64,000 nucleotides of DNA, from positions 6,119,470-6,183,469 of the forward strand of contig OZ244207.1 in NCBI GenBank assembly GCA_965216875.1. The letters are read 5' to 3'. Below the pieces are notes generated by a model. The model ran no database searches and was not told where the DNA came from. It worked only from the letters and a program-made list of their open reading frames with translations. A program made the translations under genes and the position numbers. Positions 1-8,203 of the stretch are shown piece by piece; the stretch's first letter is position 1; each line of letters begins with the position of its first letter. This DNA comes from Rubripirellula sp. GTDB taxonomy: Bacteria > Planctomycetota > Planctomycetia > Pirellulales > Pirellulaceae.

Positions 1-2
1 GG

Positions 3-1085
3 AAATCGCCAGTCCCTGGTCGTGGACACTCTTCGCCAATAGTCGTTGGTAATCGAATCTTCTTGACAACAGCGGACGAGTCGAACCAAGTTCAATCTGT
101 CCTTTGCTACGACCGCACGACTGGCCAGCAGGTGTGGAAAGTCGATGCCAACCGCGGTGGATTCAGTCCGAAAATCCACAACAAGAATACACATGCTAGT
201 CCGACGATTGCGTCCGATGGCGAACGTGTGTTTGCTGTCTTCAATAACAATCAAGCAGCCCAACTCACCGCGTTGACTGTCGAGGGCGATCAACTTTGGC
301 AGAAAAACGCGGGCGGATTCGTACCCCGTGCTTATCAGTTCGGCTACGCCCCCTCACCACTCCTCTTTGATGACACCGTGATCGTCGCATCCGAGTTTGA
401 ATCGGCTGGTTTCCTCGCAGCGTTCGACGTTGAATCAGGAAACGAGGTCTGGCGACGACGACGTCCTCCTACGATTAGCTATTCATCACCGATCGTCGGC
501 GATGTCGCTGGCCGCCAGCAACTGCTCATCAGCGGATGCAAACAAGTCGCCGCCTTTGACCCAAGTACCGGCACACCACTCTGGTCCACCCCAGGGATTT
601 GGACGGTCACATGTGCGACCGTCGTTTGGAATGATGACATGGTGTTTGCAAGTGGAGGCTATCCAGACAAGGGCACGATGGCCGTTCGGGCAGATGGCTC
701 AGGCGAAGTCGTTTGGCAAAACCGAGTGAAGTGCTACGAGCAATCCATGCTTGTTCACAACGGCTTTCTCTATGGGGTCGATGACGGCGGTGTCGCTTAT
801 TGCTGGCGCTGCAATGATGGCAAAGAAATGTGGAAACGGCGGCTTGGTGGAAACGTTAGCTCGTCACCCATCTTGGCTCGGGGCAATATCTATCTTGCAA
901 ATGAAGGTGGTACGACCTTCGTTTTCCGAGCCGATCCCGATCGTTTCGAACCGGTCGCCAAGAACCAACTCGGAACTGAAACTTTTGCAACGCCCGCTTT
1001 TTGTGGAAACCAGATTTTCACCCGCGTCGCAACTCGAGACTCCGGTAAGCGACAAGAGTTCCTCGTCTGTATCGGAAACGAATAG
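3..1085 (+). CDS. PQQ-like beta-propeller repeat protein; the 5' end lies outside the window
   Basis: The frame is open from base 3 (KSPVPGRGHSSPIVVGNRIFLTT...), so the TTG at 63 in the ORF track is not the true start. Recurring blade motifs (SSPIVGD..LLISG, AAFDPSTGTPLW, LYGVDDGGVAYCWRCNDGKEMW, SSPILARGNIYLANEGG) are typical of PQQ-enzyme-repeat/BamB-like propellers. Confidence 0.8.
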   Translation, partial: KSPVPGRGHSSPIVVGNRIFLTTADESNQVQSVLCYDRTTGQQVWKVDANRGGFSPKIHNKNTHASPTIASDGERVFAVFNNNQAAQLTALTVEGDQLWQKNAGGFVPRAYQFGYAPSPLLFDDTVIVASEFESAGFLAAFDVESGNEVWRRRRPPTISYSSPIVGDVAGRQQLLISGCKQVAAFDPSTGTPLWSTPGIWTVTCATVVWNDDMVFASGGYPDKGTMAVRADGSGEVVWQNRVKCYEQSMLVHNGFLYGVDDGGVAYCWRCNDGKEMWKRRLGGNVSSSPILARGNIYLANEGGTTFVFRADPDRFEPVAKNQLGTETFATPAFCGNQIFTRVATRDSGKRQEFLVCIGNE

Positions 1086-1125
1086 CCTCCCTTTCCAACA
1101 CTCGCCGTTCGTTGCTCGCTCTGCA

Positions 1126-1374
1126 GGGGACAGGCACAAAGCGGGGCACAAAACGGGCAAAACGGGGGACAGGCATGAAGTTGATGCCTGTCCCCGCTTT
1201 CAGATCGGCCGCGCTTCTGATGAAGCATCACCTTGCTAGCATTCCGATGCGTGGATTGCGGGGACAGGCATTCAGATTGACGGGACAGGCATTGACGAAA
1301 TGCCTGTCCCCCGTTCGCTGGGCTGTCCCCACGTTGCCCTACGCGCGCCTGTCCCCCTTCGCGCGCCTGTCCCC
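1126..1374. repeat. Cluster of nine copies of the word GGGGACAGGCAT / ATGCCTGTCCCC in both orientations, including two perfect hairpins
   Basis: Forward copies are at 1126-1136, 1164-1176, 1260-1271 and 1282-1292. Reverse copies are at 1184-1195, 1300-1312, 1322-1330 (partial), 1347-1357 and 1365-1374. The pairs 1165-1176/1184-1195 and 1282-1292/1300-1310 are perfect inverted repeats, each with a 7-nt loop. Confidence 0.9.
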
Positions 1375-1515
1375 TGGTTGGCGGTACCCGATTTGGCGCG
1401 GGTTGTCGCTTAATCTTGGGGTTGCTTTAAGCCGATAGGAACCGAGTGTTGCCTCTGCTTCCACATTGCGCGTACGGCCTTCGTCAGACACCCGACTCTT
1501 TCACATGATCCTGCA

Positions 1516-2955
1516 ATGACGTGGAGCCGATTCAGCTTTTGGGTGTTTGCTATCACATGTGGGCTCAACGCCTTCGCGCAGCCCCCATCTGACCCCTCCG
1601 GCTCACTCGATCGGCTTGAACACCTCGAGGCAACCGTTCAGCTGCTGCAGCTAGAGCTCGAGCGACTCCACGAAGATCGTTCTGTAACTCAGGTGCTCGG
1701 CCACGATCGCGTCGAAATCCCTCATCCTTGCGACGCACCCGCCTGCGACGGAGCCGATCCCACCCACTCAAGAACCCACTACGTCACCTACGACGATGGC
1801 TGGGTGCTGCGTCCGTTCGATCGTGTTACGACACCGTTCGAATTGAAGTTCAACCTTCACAACCAGTTTCGTTACACCGGCTTTAATCGCTCCGTCCGAA
1901 CATTCACCAACAGCGCTGGCACGACCACACCCATCCGCAGTCGAAACGACTTTGACGTCAACCGCGGCCGGCTTGTCTTTTCGGGATACGCGTTTGATCC
2001 GCGTTTCACCTTCTACACCAACATTGACTACAACACCGTCGCCCAAAACCCCGTGCTTCTGCTGCTCTCTTGGATCTCGTTTCGCCACAGTGACGCGTTG
2101 ACGATTAGTGCAGGGCTTGGCAAGGTTCCGGGCACCTGGGAATGGATCGAAACTTCGCGCCGAACACTCGGATCAGAACGAACGATGGCAACAACCTTCT
2201 TTCGTCCTTCAATCACCGCAGGGATCTGGGCCAACGGCGAACTCTTCGAAAACATCTACTACGAAGCTCTCGTTGGCGACGGATTCAATACCTTCACGCT
2301 TCGCGCCAGCGAACTCGATACCAACCTCGCGTATTCAGCCAGCGTGTGGGCGGAACCGCTTGGCGATTTTGGCGTCGGCTTTTCTGACCTGGAAGAACAC
2401 GCGTGCTTGGCGATGCGAATTGGCCATGGCTTCACCTTCGCCAGCAACGATAGCGAACCGACGGGCGAACCCGGCCCGGAACAGACCGTCATTCGACTCT
2501 CAGATGGAACACGGCTCGTCGAACCAGGCGCTCTCGCCCCCGGGGTCACCGTCAATCAGTTCGACATCTCACTCTACGCCGTCCACCTCGGCCTCAAATA
2601 TCGTGGCGCAAGTTTCGCAACCGAGTACTTCTTTCGATGGCTCACATCACTCGAAGGAAACGGGCCTCTTCCGGTCAACTCGCTGTTTGATCACGGCTTC
2701 TATGTCCAGGGAGGCCTGTTTGTCATCCCGAAGCGGCTCGAACTTTACTCGATTGGATCCCACGTTACAGGTGACTACGGTTCAGGCCACGAGATCGCCG
2801 CAGGCTTCAACTACTACGTTGGCGGCCGACGAGGATCGCGCATTACCTTCGATGTGTCGCACATCAACGATTCACCTGCCGACCAGAGTCGCACCGGCTT
2901 TGTCGCTGGCGCAAGCGGCACACTTTTTCGCGCTCAGATGTGGACGTTCTTTTAG
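1516..2955 (+). CDS. Outer-membrane beta-barrel porin, OprO/OprP (phosphate-selective porin)-like
   Basis: Signal peptide MTWSRFSFWVFAITCGLNAFAQ, followed by a short N-terminal coiled coil (LEHLEATVQLLQLELERLHED). The body is long and rich in alternating aromatic and Gly residues. The C-terminus ends ...QMWTFF, with the terminal Phe typical of OMP barrels. Confidence 0.7.
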   Translation: MTWSRFSFWVFAITCGLNAFAQPPSDPSGSLDRLEHLEATVQLLQLELERLHEDRSVTQVLGHDRVEIPHPCDAPACDGADPTHSRTHYVTYDDGWVLRPFDRVTTPFELKFNLHNQFRYTGFNRSVRTFTNSAGTTTPIRSRNDFDVNRGRLVFSGYAFDPRFTFYTNIDYNTVAQNPVLLLLSWISFRHSDALTISAGLGKVPGTWEWIETSRRTLGSERTMATTFFRPSITAGIWANGELFENIYYEALVGDGFNTFTLRASELDTNLAYSASVWAEPLGDFGVGFSDLEEHACLAMRIGHGFTFASNDSEPTGEPGPEQTVIRLSDGTRLVEPGALAPGVTVNQFDISLYAVHLGLKYRGASFATEYFFRWLTSLEGNGPLPVNSLFDHGFYVQGGLFVIPKRLELYSIGSHVTGDYGSGHEIAAGFNYYVGGRRGSRITFDVSHINDSPADQSRTGFVAGASGTLFRAQMWTFF

Positions 2956-2981
2956 CCGGTCGCGAAAGCTACGCAAGCCAT

Positions 2982-3302
2982 TCAAAGAACGCCAACACGC
3001 TCCAGCAGCCGCTTAAAGAACCCGCGACCCGATTGAACATCCTGAGCCGAATCAACACGTTCGAACTCACCCTCACTGCCTGAACCAACACTCGGCTTTT
3101 TGCTCACCGCCGCTTCGCAGTCGCTTTCACAGCTCGCGTGATTCTCTAGCCAATCCTGCTTGGCGTAATCCCAGCCGACATCGTAGCCAGCCTTCTCGCT
3201 TAGGAAGTACTTGTGCGTTTCTACTTCAGCGACTTCTTGCTCTGTCAAATCTCTCATCCGTTGATCCCCCGCGAAATGATCGGGCAAAGACTCCTTCAAC
3301 AC
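2982..3302 (-). CDS. Small acidic hypothetical protein (motif HKYFLSEKAGYDVGWDYAKQDW)
   Basis: 106-aa ORF convergent with the porin gene, with protein-like composition. A shorter start at the internal MRDLTEQEV is possible. I cannot place the family by eye. Confidence 0.5.
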   Translation of the reverse strand: MLKESLPDHFAGDQRMRDLTEQEVAEVETHKYFLSEKAGYDVGWDYAKQDWLENHASCESDCEAAVSKKPSVGSGSEGEFERVDSAQDVQSGRGFFKRLLERVGVL

Positions 3303-3490
3303 GCGTCGATTTTAGGGCCAGCTCGGAACTCTCAAAGGATCCAATCTCGCAGCCTCCATCAGCAGCGACTCGATCGCCCTAAACCGGTCGCTGCGAGGGA
3401 TCATCACGCCCTAGAAAACGCATCGGCGAATTGCAAGCTTTCATGCGCCCAACTGTCCATCTCGCCACCGCACGATCAACCTGGCACTAG

Positions 3491-4012
3491 CTAGCCTGAC
3501 GCAACCTTTTCCAGAACCTGATGTATCACTTCCGCGAGCCGACCGTTGGTTGTGACGAGCGTGACAGTCTCGAGCTCGCGGTATCGACTCAAAAAGAGTT
3601 CCCGGGAAACCGCAGCAAATTCCTTCTCACTGACCCGGCCGTAACCACAACCAAGGCAAGCCGCAGCGATCGACTTACAACCAACCTCAGCAAGTTGCTT
3701 GATCGCTCCGTCATAGGTTCGCAGTATCGTCTCGACATCCGTGTCGTAAAACCCATCGATCGACACCGCGTGGGCCACCGCCTTGAAAGTCGAACCGCAT
3801 GGCGGCGCAACGACCGATTGGCCAGGTGAAAGAAAAGGAACACCACGCTCACGAAAGACGCCATGCAAGAATGTCTGCATTTCATCTCCGTAGCGAAGCC
3901 CAAACGCTCCGCCGACGCCACCCGACAGATTCAAGTGTGGGTTCGCCGAACAAATCAAACCCTCAGCGTTCGATTCAAGTAAATCACCCTGCTCTACCTT
4001 CCACCGCGTCAT
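3491..4012 (-). CDS. Macro domain (ADP-ribose binding/processing) protein
   Basis: Motifs WKVEQGDLLESNAEGLICSANPHLNLSGGVGGAF match the macro-domain core (GDIT..DAIVNAAN..L..GGGV.GAI). I chose the start at ATG 4012 (MTRWKVEQGD), preceded by GAGGGCGGC, which removes the overlap with the upstream kinase gene that stops at 4035. Confidence 0.75.
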   Translation of the reverse strand: MTRWKVEQGDLLESNAEGLICSANPHLNLSGGVGGAFGLRYGDEMQTFLHGVFRERGVPFLSPGQSVVAPPCGSTFKAVAHAVSIDGFYDTDVETILRTYDGAIKQLAEVGCKSIAAACLGCGYGRVSEKEFAAVSRELFLSRYRELETVTLVTTNGRLAEVIHQVLEKVASG

Positions 4013-4034
4013 GCCGCCCTCGTGATCGCCAACC

Positions 4035-5984
4035 TCAAACCGCTGCAACTTCTTTGATCTGCTTTGGCCAACTGAAGATGAACGAGGCACCCTGGCCAGG
4101 CTTCGACTCAAGTCGAATATCGCCACCATATTCACGCACAAGTCGACGGATGATCGCCAACCCCATTCCGCTGCCTTCGACTTCGTCTTTCGTTCTTAGA
4201 CTTTGGAACATCTCAAAGATCTTTTCGTGGTACTGTTCCTCAATGCCGGGCCCATCATCCGACACGGTGAACCGCACCATGTCTTCGTCTTCCTCCGCGA
4301 TGACCGACACCGTTCCACAGTCTTTGTCGTGATGCTTGAAGGCGTTTCCGATCAGGTTCATCACCACTTGCCGCAACGGAGTCGCATAGGTTTCGAGCGA
4401 TGAGACATTCGATTGGACAACCACACGAAACCCTTCTGGTGGAGACAACAATTCGACGGCGTCTTCCACGAATTCAACGACGTCGATGCTTTGCAGATTG
4501 CCGTTTTGCCGACCCACGCGTGAATACACCAGCAGATCATCAAGCAACGATTCCATCCGGTGAGCCCGCTGCTCGAGCTTGTCGAGATACTCGCGTGACA
4601 GCTCCGAAAGATTGTCCGCTTCGTCTTCGCGCAGAAAAGTCACCAAGTTCGAAATACCGCGCAACGGCGAACGCAGGTCGTGGGATGCAACGTACGCAAA
4701 GTGTTCGAGATCGGAATTGGCCTGTTTCAGTTCGCCAATCGACTTCTTGAGTGTGGTCGTATCAACGATGATCGCAACGAAGCACTCGTGCCCGTTGTAG
4801 TCCGTCCGCTGCAAATGCACTTCGACGTTGTAAAGACTCGTGTCTTTGCGTTGGTGGACCGTCTCAAAGCTCAAGTAATCCTGCTGTCCGTTTCTCAGCG
4901 GTTCAACGAGCTTGACGAACATCGGCAACTCGAATTCAGGCTTGATATCCAGTGGCGTCATCGCCTTGAGTTCTTCAAGCGTGTAGCCAAGGTTCTTCGT
5001 CGCGCCTTGGTTGACGTATTCAAAATGAAGGGTATCCCGTCTGAAGATAAAGATCTCGTTTCGCGATCGATCAACGATTTCACCCAAACGTTTGAGGGTC
5101 ACTTCCACCCGTTTGATGTCGGTGATGTCACGGCTCGTCGCCAAGACGATTTCTTCGTCACCAAGAGCGACCTTTTGGTGGCGTGTCGAGACGGTGATGT
5201 TGCGGCCATCCTTCGTTTCGTAGTGAACTTCCCCTGTCCATTCGCCTCGTGATGCAATTCCCTCGTCGATCTCTTGCCAAGAAGTCGGTCGGATCTCCCC
5301 TAGCAACTCTTTGGTGTCCGTTCCGATTGCAACTTCTTTGGAATAACCAAACAATTGTTCGGCGCCGCGATTCCAACTTTTCACTCCATCGCGACGCGTC
5401 CAAGAATAGATCGCGTCGTGGCTCAATTCGATCAACTGAGAGTTCTTGTGGAGCGCAACGCCCGCCGCTAGCTTCGCTTGCTCGGCAGCGCGCAGTGCAA
5501 AGATTTGCTCAACTTGTTCCGACAAAACGCGCAGCGCCGCAATCTGTTTTTCGGTGATCTGGCGCGGCTGACGATCGATCAGGCAAAGAGTGCCTACTGG
5601 CAGTGAGTCTTCTCCTGGCGCACGCAGAGGCATTCCAGCATAAAAGCGAATCAACGGATCGGTCAGCACCAGCGGATTGTCGGCAAATCGAGGATCCAAC
5701 GTCGCGTCTTCGACAATCAACGGGTGATCGCGATCAAGAATCGCGTGTGAACAAAACGATTGACTGCGAGGCGTTTCGCACGCATCGATACCTACTTTTG
5801 ACTTAAACCACTGCCGATCGTTGTCCACCAGACTAAGAAGTGCAATCGGAACTTCAGCGATCTGAGCAGCAAGATCGACCAACCCGTCATACAAACTCTC
5901 CGCCGCCGTATCGAGAATCTCCAAATCGTAGAGAGCCTTGATCCGCCGCGATTCTTCTGGATGCTTTGCAGAAGCAGGCATCAA
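4035..5984 (-). CDS. Sensor histidine kinase, cytoplasmic GAF-PAS-PAS-HisKA-HATPase_c architecture
   Basis: N-terminal GAF-like region (RIKALYDLEILDT...SFCSHAIL...PLIVED), followed by two PAS-like segments. H-box is FAYVASHDLRSPLRG. The ATPase N/G boxes are NLIGNAFKHH, DDGPGI and GSGMGLAI. No TM segment is seen. Confidence 0.9.
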   Translation of the reverse strand: MMPASAKHPEESRRIKALYDLEILDTAAESLYDGLVDLAAQIAEVPIALLSLVDNDRQWFKSKVGIDACETPRSQSFCSHAILDRDHPLIVEDATLDPRFADNPLVLTDPLIRFYAGMPLRAPGEDSLPVGTLCLIDRQPRQITEKQIAALRVLSEQVEQIFALRAAEQAKLAAGVALHKNSQLIELSHDAIYSWTRRDGVKSWNRGAEQLFGYSKEVAIGTDTKELLGEIRPTSWQEIDEGIASRGEWTGEVHYETKDGRNITVSTRHQKVALGDEEIVLATSRDITDIKRVEVTLKRLGEIVDRSRNEIFIFRRDTLHFEYVNQGATKNLGYTLEELKAMTPLDIKPEFELPMFVKLVEPLRNGQQDYLSFETVHQRKDTSLYNVEVHLQRTDYNGHECFVAIIVDTTTLKKSIGELKQANSDLEHFAYVASHDLRSPLRGISNLVTFLREDEADNLSELSREYLDKLEQRAHRMESLLDDLLVYSRVGRQNGNLQSIDVVEFVEDAVELLSPPEGFRVVVQSNVSSLETYATPLRQVVMNLIGNAFKHHDKDCGTVSVIAEEDEDMVRFTVSDDGPGIEEQYHEKIFEMFQSLRTKDEVEGSGMGLAIIRRLVREYGGDIRLESKPGQGASFIFSWPKQIKEVAAV

Positions 5985-6165
5985 TCACCCCAAAACACGT
6001 GTGCAAGCTGAACAGCAATCTCAGAAAAGACCGCCACCCACCATTGTTCCACGTCGACCAGAGCCGATCGATACCAATCCGTGTCACGGTGACAGAATTA
6101 CTGAACGTTTGCGTGTGTCGATCACGCGACGTGCTGGCCGCCGGAGGTGCTTATCGAAGGCAACG

Positions 6166-6318
6166 TCACGACGCACCGATCGAGTACCAAACGACAATCA
6201 TCCCCATGATCAAGGCCGTGACAACGCAAACGATCACGCCGACAAAGAGCAAGATCACGTTACGAGACAACCAACCCGACTTTCTTTGTTGTTCGTTTGG
6301 TGGGTCGTAGGGGTTCAT
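6166..6318 (-). CDS. Small single-TM membrane protein (51 aa); absent from the ORF track because it is under 60 aa
   Basis: My translation of the minus strand gives MNPYDPPNEQQRKSGWLSRNVILLFVGVIVCVVTALIMGMIVVWYSIGAS*. The ATG is at 6316-6318, 5 nt after the TAG of the upstream ORF at 6324-6326. It has one clear hydrophobic helix. Confidence 0.4.
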   Translation of the reverse strand: MNPYDPPNEQQRKSGWLSRNVILLFVGVIVCVVTALIMGMIVVWYSIGAS

Positions 6319-6323
6319 TCTCT

Positions 6324-6653
6324 CTAGGGCTCCACGATCAGACCACCAAACGGTTCCTGGGCGTCTCGCGGATAGCCTTCAGGAGGCCAAGTCGGGGACT
6401 CTTCCACCAAATCACCAGAGATGACGTCGTATTCATCGGGATGCACACCTGGAAGGACACTTTCATCGAGATGCGCACCTGGAAGGACACTCGGTACTGG
6501 AGCGATCAAGTCCGAAGCTTCGTGTGCCCGATGTGCGAAGACTTGGTAGAGAACGATCGACGCCGTCCCTCCAACTGCAATGAGCGTTCCGAAGAACGCA
6601 GTCACCGTGCAGCAGACGATCAACGTCTTCTTAATAAGCTCGCCGTTTGTCAT
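6324..6653 (-). CDS. Hypothetical single-TM protein with a duplicated 10-aa unit (SVLPGAHLDE / SVLPGVHPDE)
   Basis: The internal ATG at 6651-6653 (MTNGELIKKTLIVCCTVTAFFGTLIAVGG...) is preceded by GAGGG. The first 82 codons of the 191-aa track ORF do not look protein-like. Confidence 0.45.
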   Translation of the reverse strand: MTNGELIKKTLIVCCTVTAFFGTLIAVGGTASIVLYQVFAHRAHEASDLIAPVPSVLPGAHLDESVLPGVHPDEYDVISGDLVEESPTWPPEGYPRDAQEPFGGLIVEP

Positions 6654-7069
6654 CACCGCACCCTCATCAGCGTCAAAAGAAAAGCCACGTGACCCAAGCA
6701 ACGGATCACGTGGCGATTGTGTTTGATGATGCCAATCGCTGCCGCAGCCGACCTCTAGGAAAAGCTGAGACAGCGACTTCGATTGAGCCCACAGACTCGT
6801 TCGATCGCCTGATGCTATTGCGTTTCGGACCACAATGCAAACAAAAACAGCCGCACAACCTGCTGGCAGGCGCGGGCAGTGCAAAAGAAAAGCACCCACG
6901 TGGTCTTTAAGCGAGCCCTCATTCGATCAGCGCCAACACGGTTCGCAAGGAATCTTGACGAACCACCGGGCACTTGCAATCGTATTGCATCAGCGATGAC
7001 GCATCGGGTGTCGTCGATTGGCGGGGACTCTACGCTACTTTCCTCTTCAACGATTCAAGGAGCACGCTT

Positions 7070-7516
7070 GTGAGGACGCCAACGATACTCATGATTGCGA
7101 TCGCCACCTTCGCCGGTTGTTCCAGCGACGAAGGTGCGAAACAGGATCAGCTCCTGCCTTCACTGCAGGTTGTGCGAGGAGCCGAGTTGCAGGACTTTGT
7201 GTCCTCTTGCGACACACCCGTCCTTGTCGAATTTGGCGTTGACTACCAATGCGAGCGTTGTCGCCAAATGAAGGGCGGTGTCGAGGAACTTGCTGACAAA
7301 TTCTCTGGCAAAGCAGAAGTTGTTCGGGTGGACTTCAATTCCAATGCTCCACTGGTCGCTCAGTTCGGTGGAACCATCTGCCCAACCTATGTCTTCTTTC
7401 AAGATGGACAACCGGTTAGGACAGAGAGCTTTCCTGTGTCCGCCGACATTTTGGAGTCGCAACTAACTGATCTGACGCAATCCTCGCCTTTCGCTCCGCG
7501 TGGAGACGCTTTGTAG
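7070..7516 (+). CDS. Thioredoxin-fold lipoprotein (CxxC = CERC)
   Basis: AAGGAG at 7058-7063 lies 6 nt upstream of GTG 7070. Lipobox is MIAIATFAGC. Thioredoxin-like core: PVLVEFGVDYQCERCRQMK...CPTYVFFQDGQPV. Confidence 0.7.
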   Translation: MRTPTILMIAIATFAGCSSDEGAKQDQLLPSLQVVRGAELQDFVSSCDTPVLVEFGVDYQCERCRQMKGGVEELADKFSGKAEVVRVDFNSNAPLVAQFGGTICPTYVFFQDGQPVRTESFPVSADILESQLTDLTQSSPFAPRGDAL

Positions 7517-7597
7517 GTCATGCTCCGCATGACGAACGTTTCCATTGCGTGTAATGGAACGCAAGGCGCGGCGCACTGGTGAGCGGCTGTGGATTAT

Positions 7598-7787
7598 GTG
7601 AGCCGAACGCGCTAGCGTCGGGCCCTCAGGTTGGCTGTTGAAACACGGTGGGCTAGCGTCTTGCCGCTGCCTGGTCACCTTTTGTAGTCCCGCCTTCAGG
7701 CGGATCGCGAGAAAATTCCGGCTAAAGCCGGTACTACGAACGGTGCGCCGCTCTCCGCAGTACCACGCTCTTGCGAGCGTAGCTACG
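7598..7787. repeat. Mosaic of REP-like hairpin modules (A, D, C-reverse, B)
   Basis: Module A is GAGCCGAACGCGCTAGCGTCGGGCC at 7600-7624. Module D is GGTGGGCTAGCGTCTTGC at 7647-7664. A CCGCC/GGCGG hairpin is at 7690-7703. Module C, reversed, is at 7709-7733. Module B is CCACGCTCTTGCGAGCGTAGCTACG at 7763-7787. All recur elsewhere in the window. Confidence 0.9.
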
Positions 7788-7841
7788 GGATTCTTTGAAG
7801 TCGCCGATCCAATGCCCGCTCGTTCCCAGTAAGATGGTGGA

Positions 7842-8105
7842 ATGTCACTCACATTCACCAGCGCAAGCCAGTTAGATCGTTTCGTCGAACGATTCATTGC
7901 GCGGCTCGAACTCACGGACGAACACTGCCAACTTCGACCAAGTATCTTTCCGGCGGGCCGCTACCCAGAAGAAGCGTACGGCGTTTGGGCTGACTGGTGG
8001 GAAGAGGCTGGCGACAATGAAAGGGCGGCTGCCTGTCGCCAACGACTCGAAGTGCTCATGCCGCCATCGACACGCCATCTTCAGCACGACACACCACATT
8101 CATAG
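7842..8105 (+). CDS. Hypothetical protein; the segment VWADWWEEAGDNERAAACRQRLE resembles the planctomycete TIGR02996-type motif (from memory)
   Basis: 87-aa ORF with ATG preceded by GGTGGA. Composition is plausible but the ORF is short. Confidence 0.4.
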   Translation: MSLTFTSASQLDRFVERFIARLELTDEHCQLRPSIFPAGRYPEEAYGVWADWWEEAGDNERAAACRQRLEVLMPPSTRHLQHDTPHS

Positions 8106-8203
8106 TTTGCACACGTAAACTCGATCGGCCATTGGCGATACGGTCGGTGCGCGATGCAACGCTTTCGGTCCTCGCCAGTCTCACCGTCGTCGGACACCGA
8201 ATC

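Noticed and set aside
1126-1374. Could the GGGGACAGGCAT cluster be a CRISPR array?
   Set aside because: The units are only 9-13 nt, occur in both orientations, and have irregular spacings of 7 to about 65 nt. No cas genes are nearby. This is incompatible with CRISPR architecture.
1112-1438. 108-aa ORF (plus other short ORFs) across the porin-upstream spacer
   Set aside because: The ORF is generated by the repeated word (recurring GTG/GQA/PVP peptides). Its composition is not protein-like and it has no start context.
7463-7915. 150-aa minus-strand ORF spanning the 7.6-kb repeat mosaic
   Set aside because: It is read through modules A-D, and the same peptide fragments (for example GPTLARSAH) arise wherever module A occurs. 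It also overlaps the ends of two better-supported genes.
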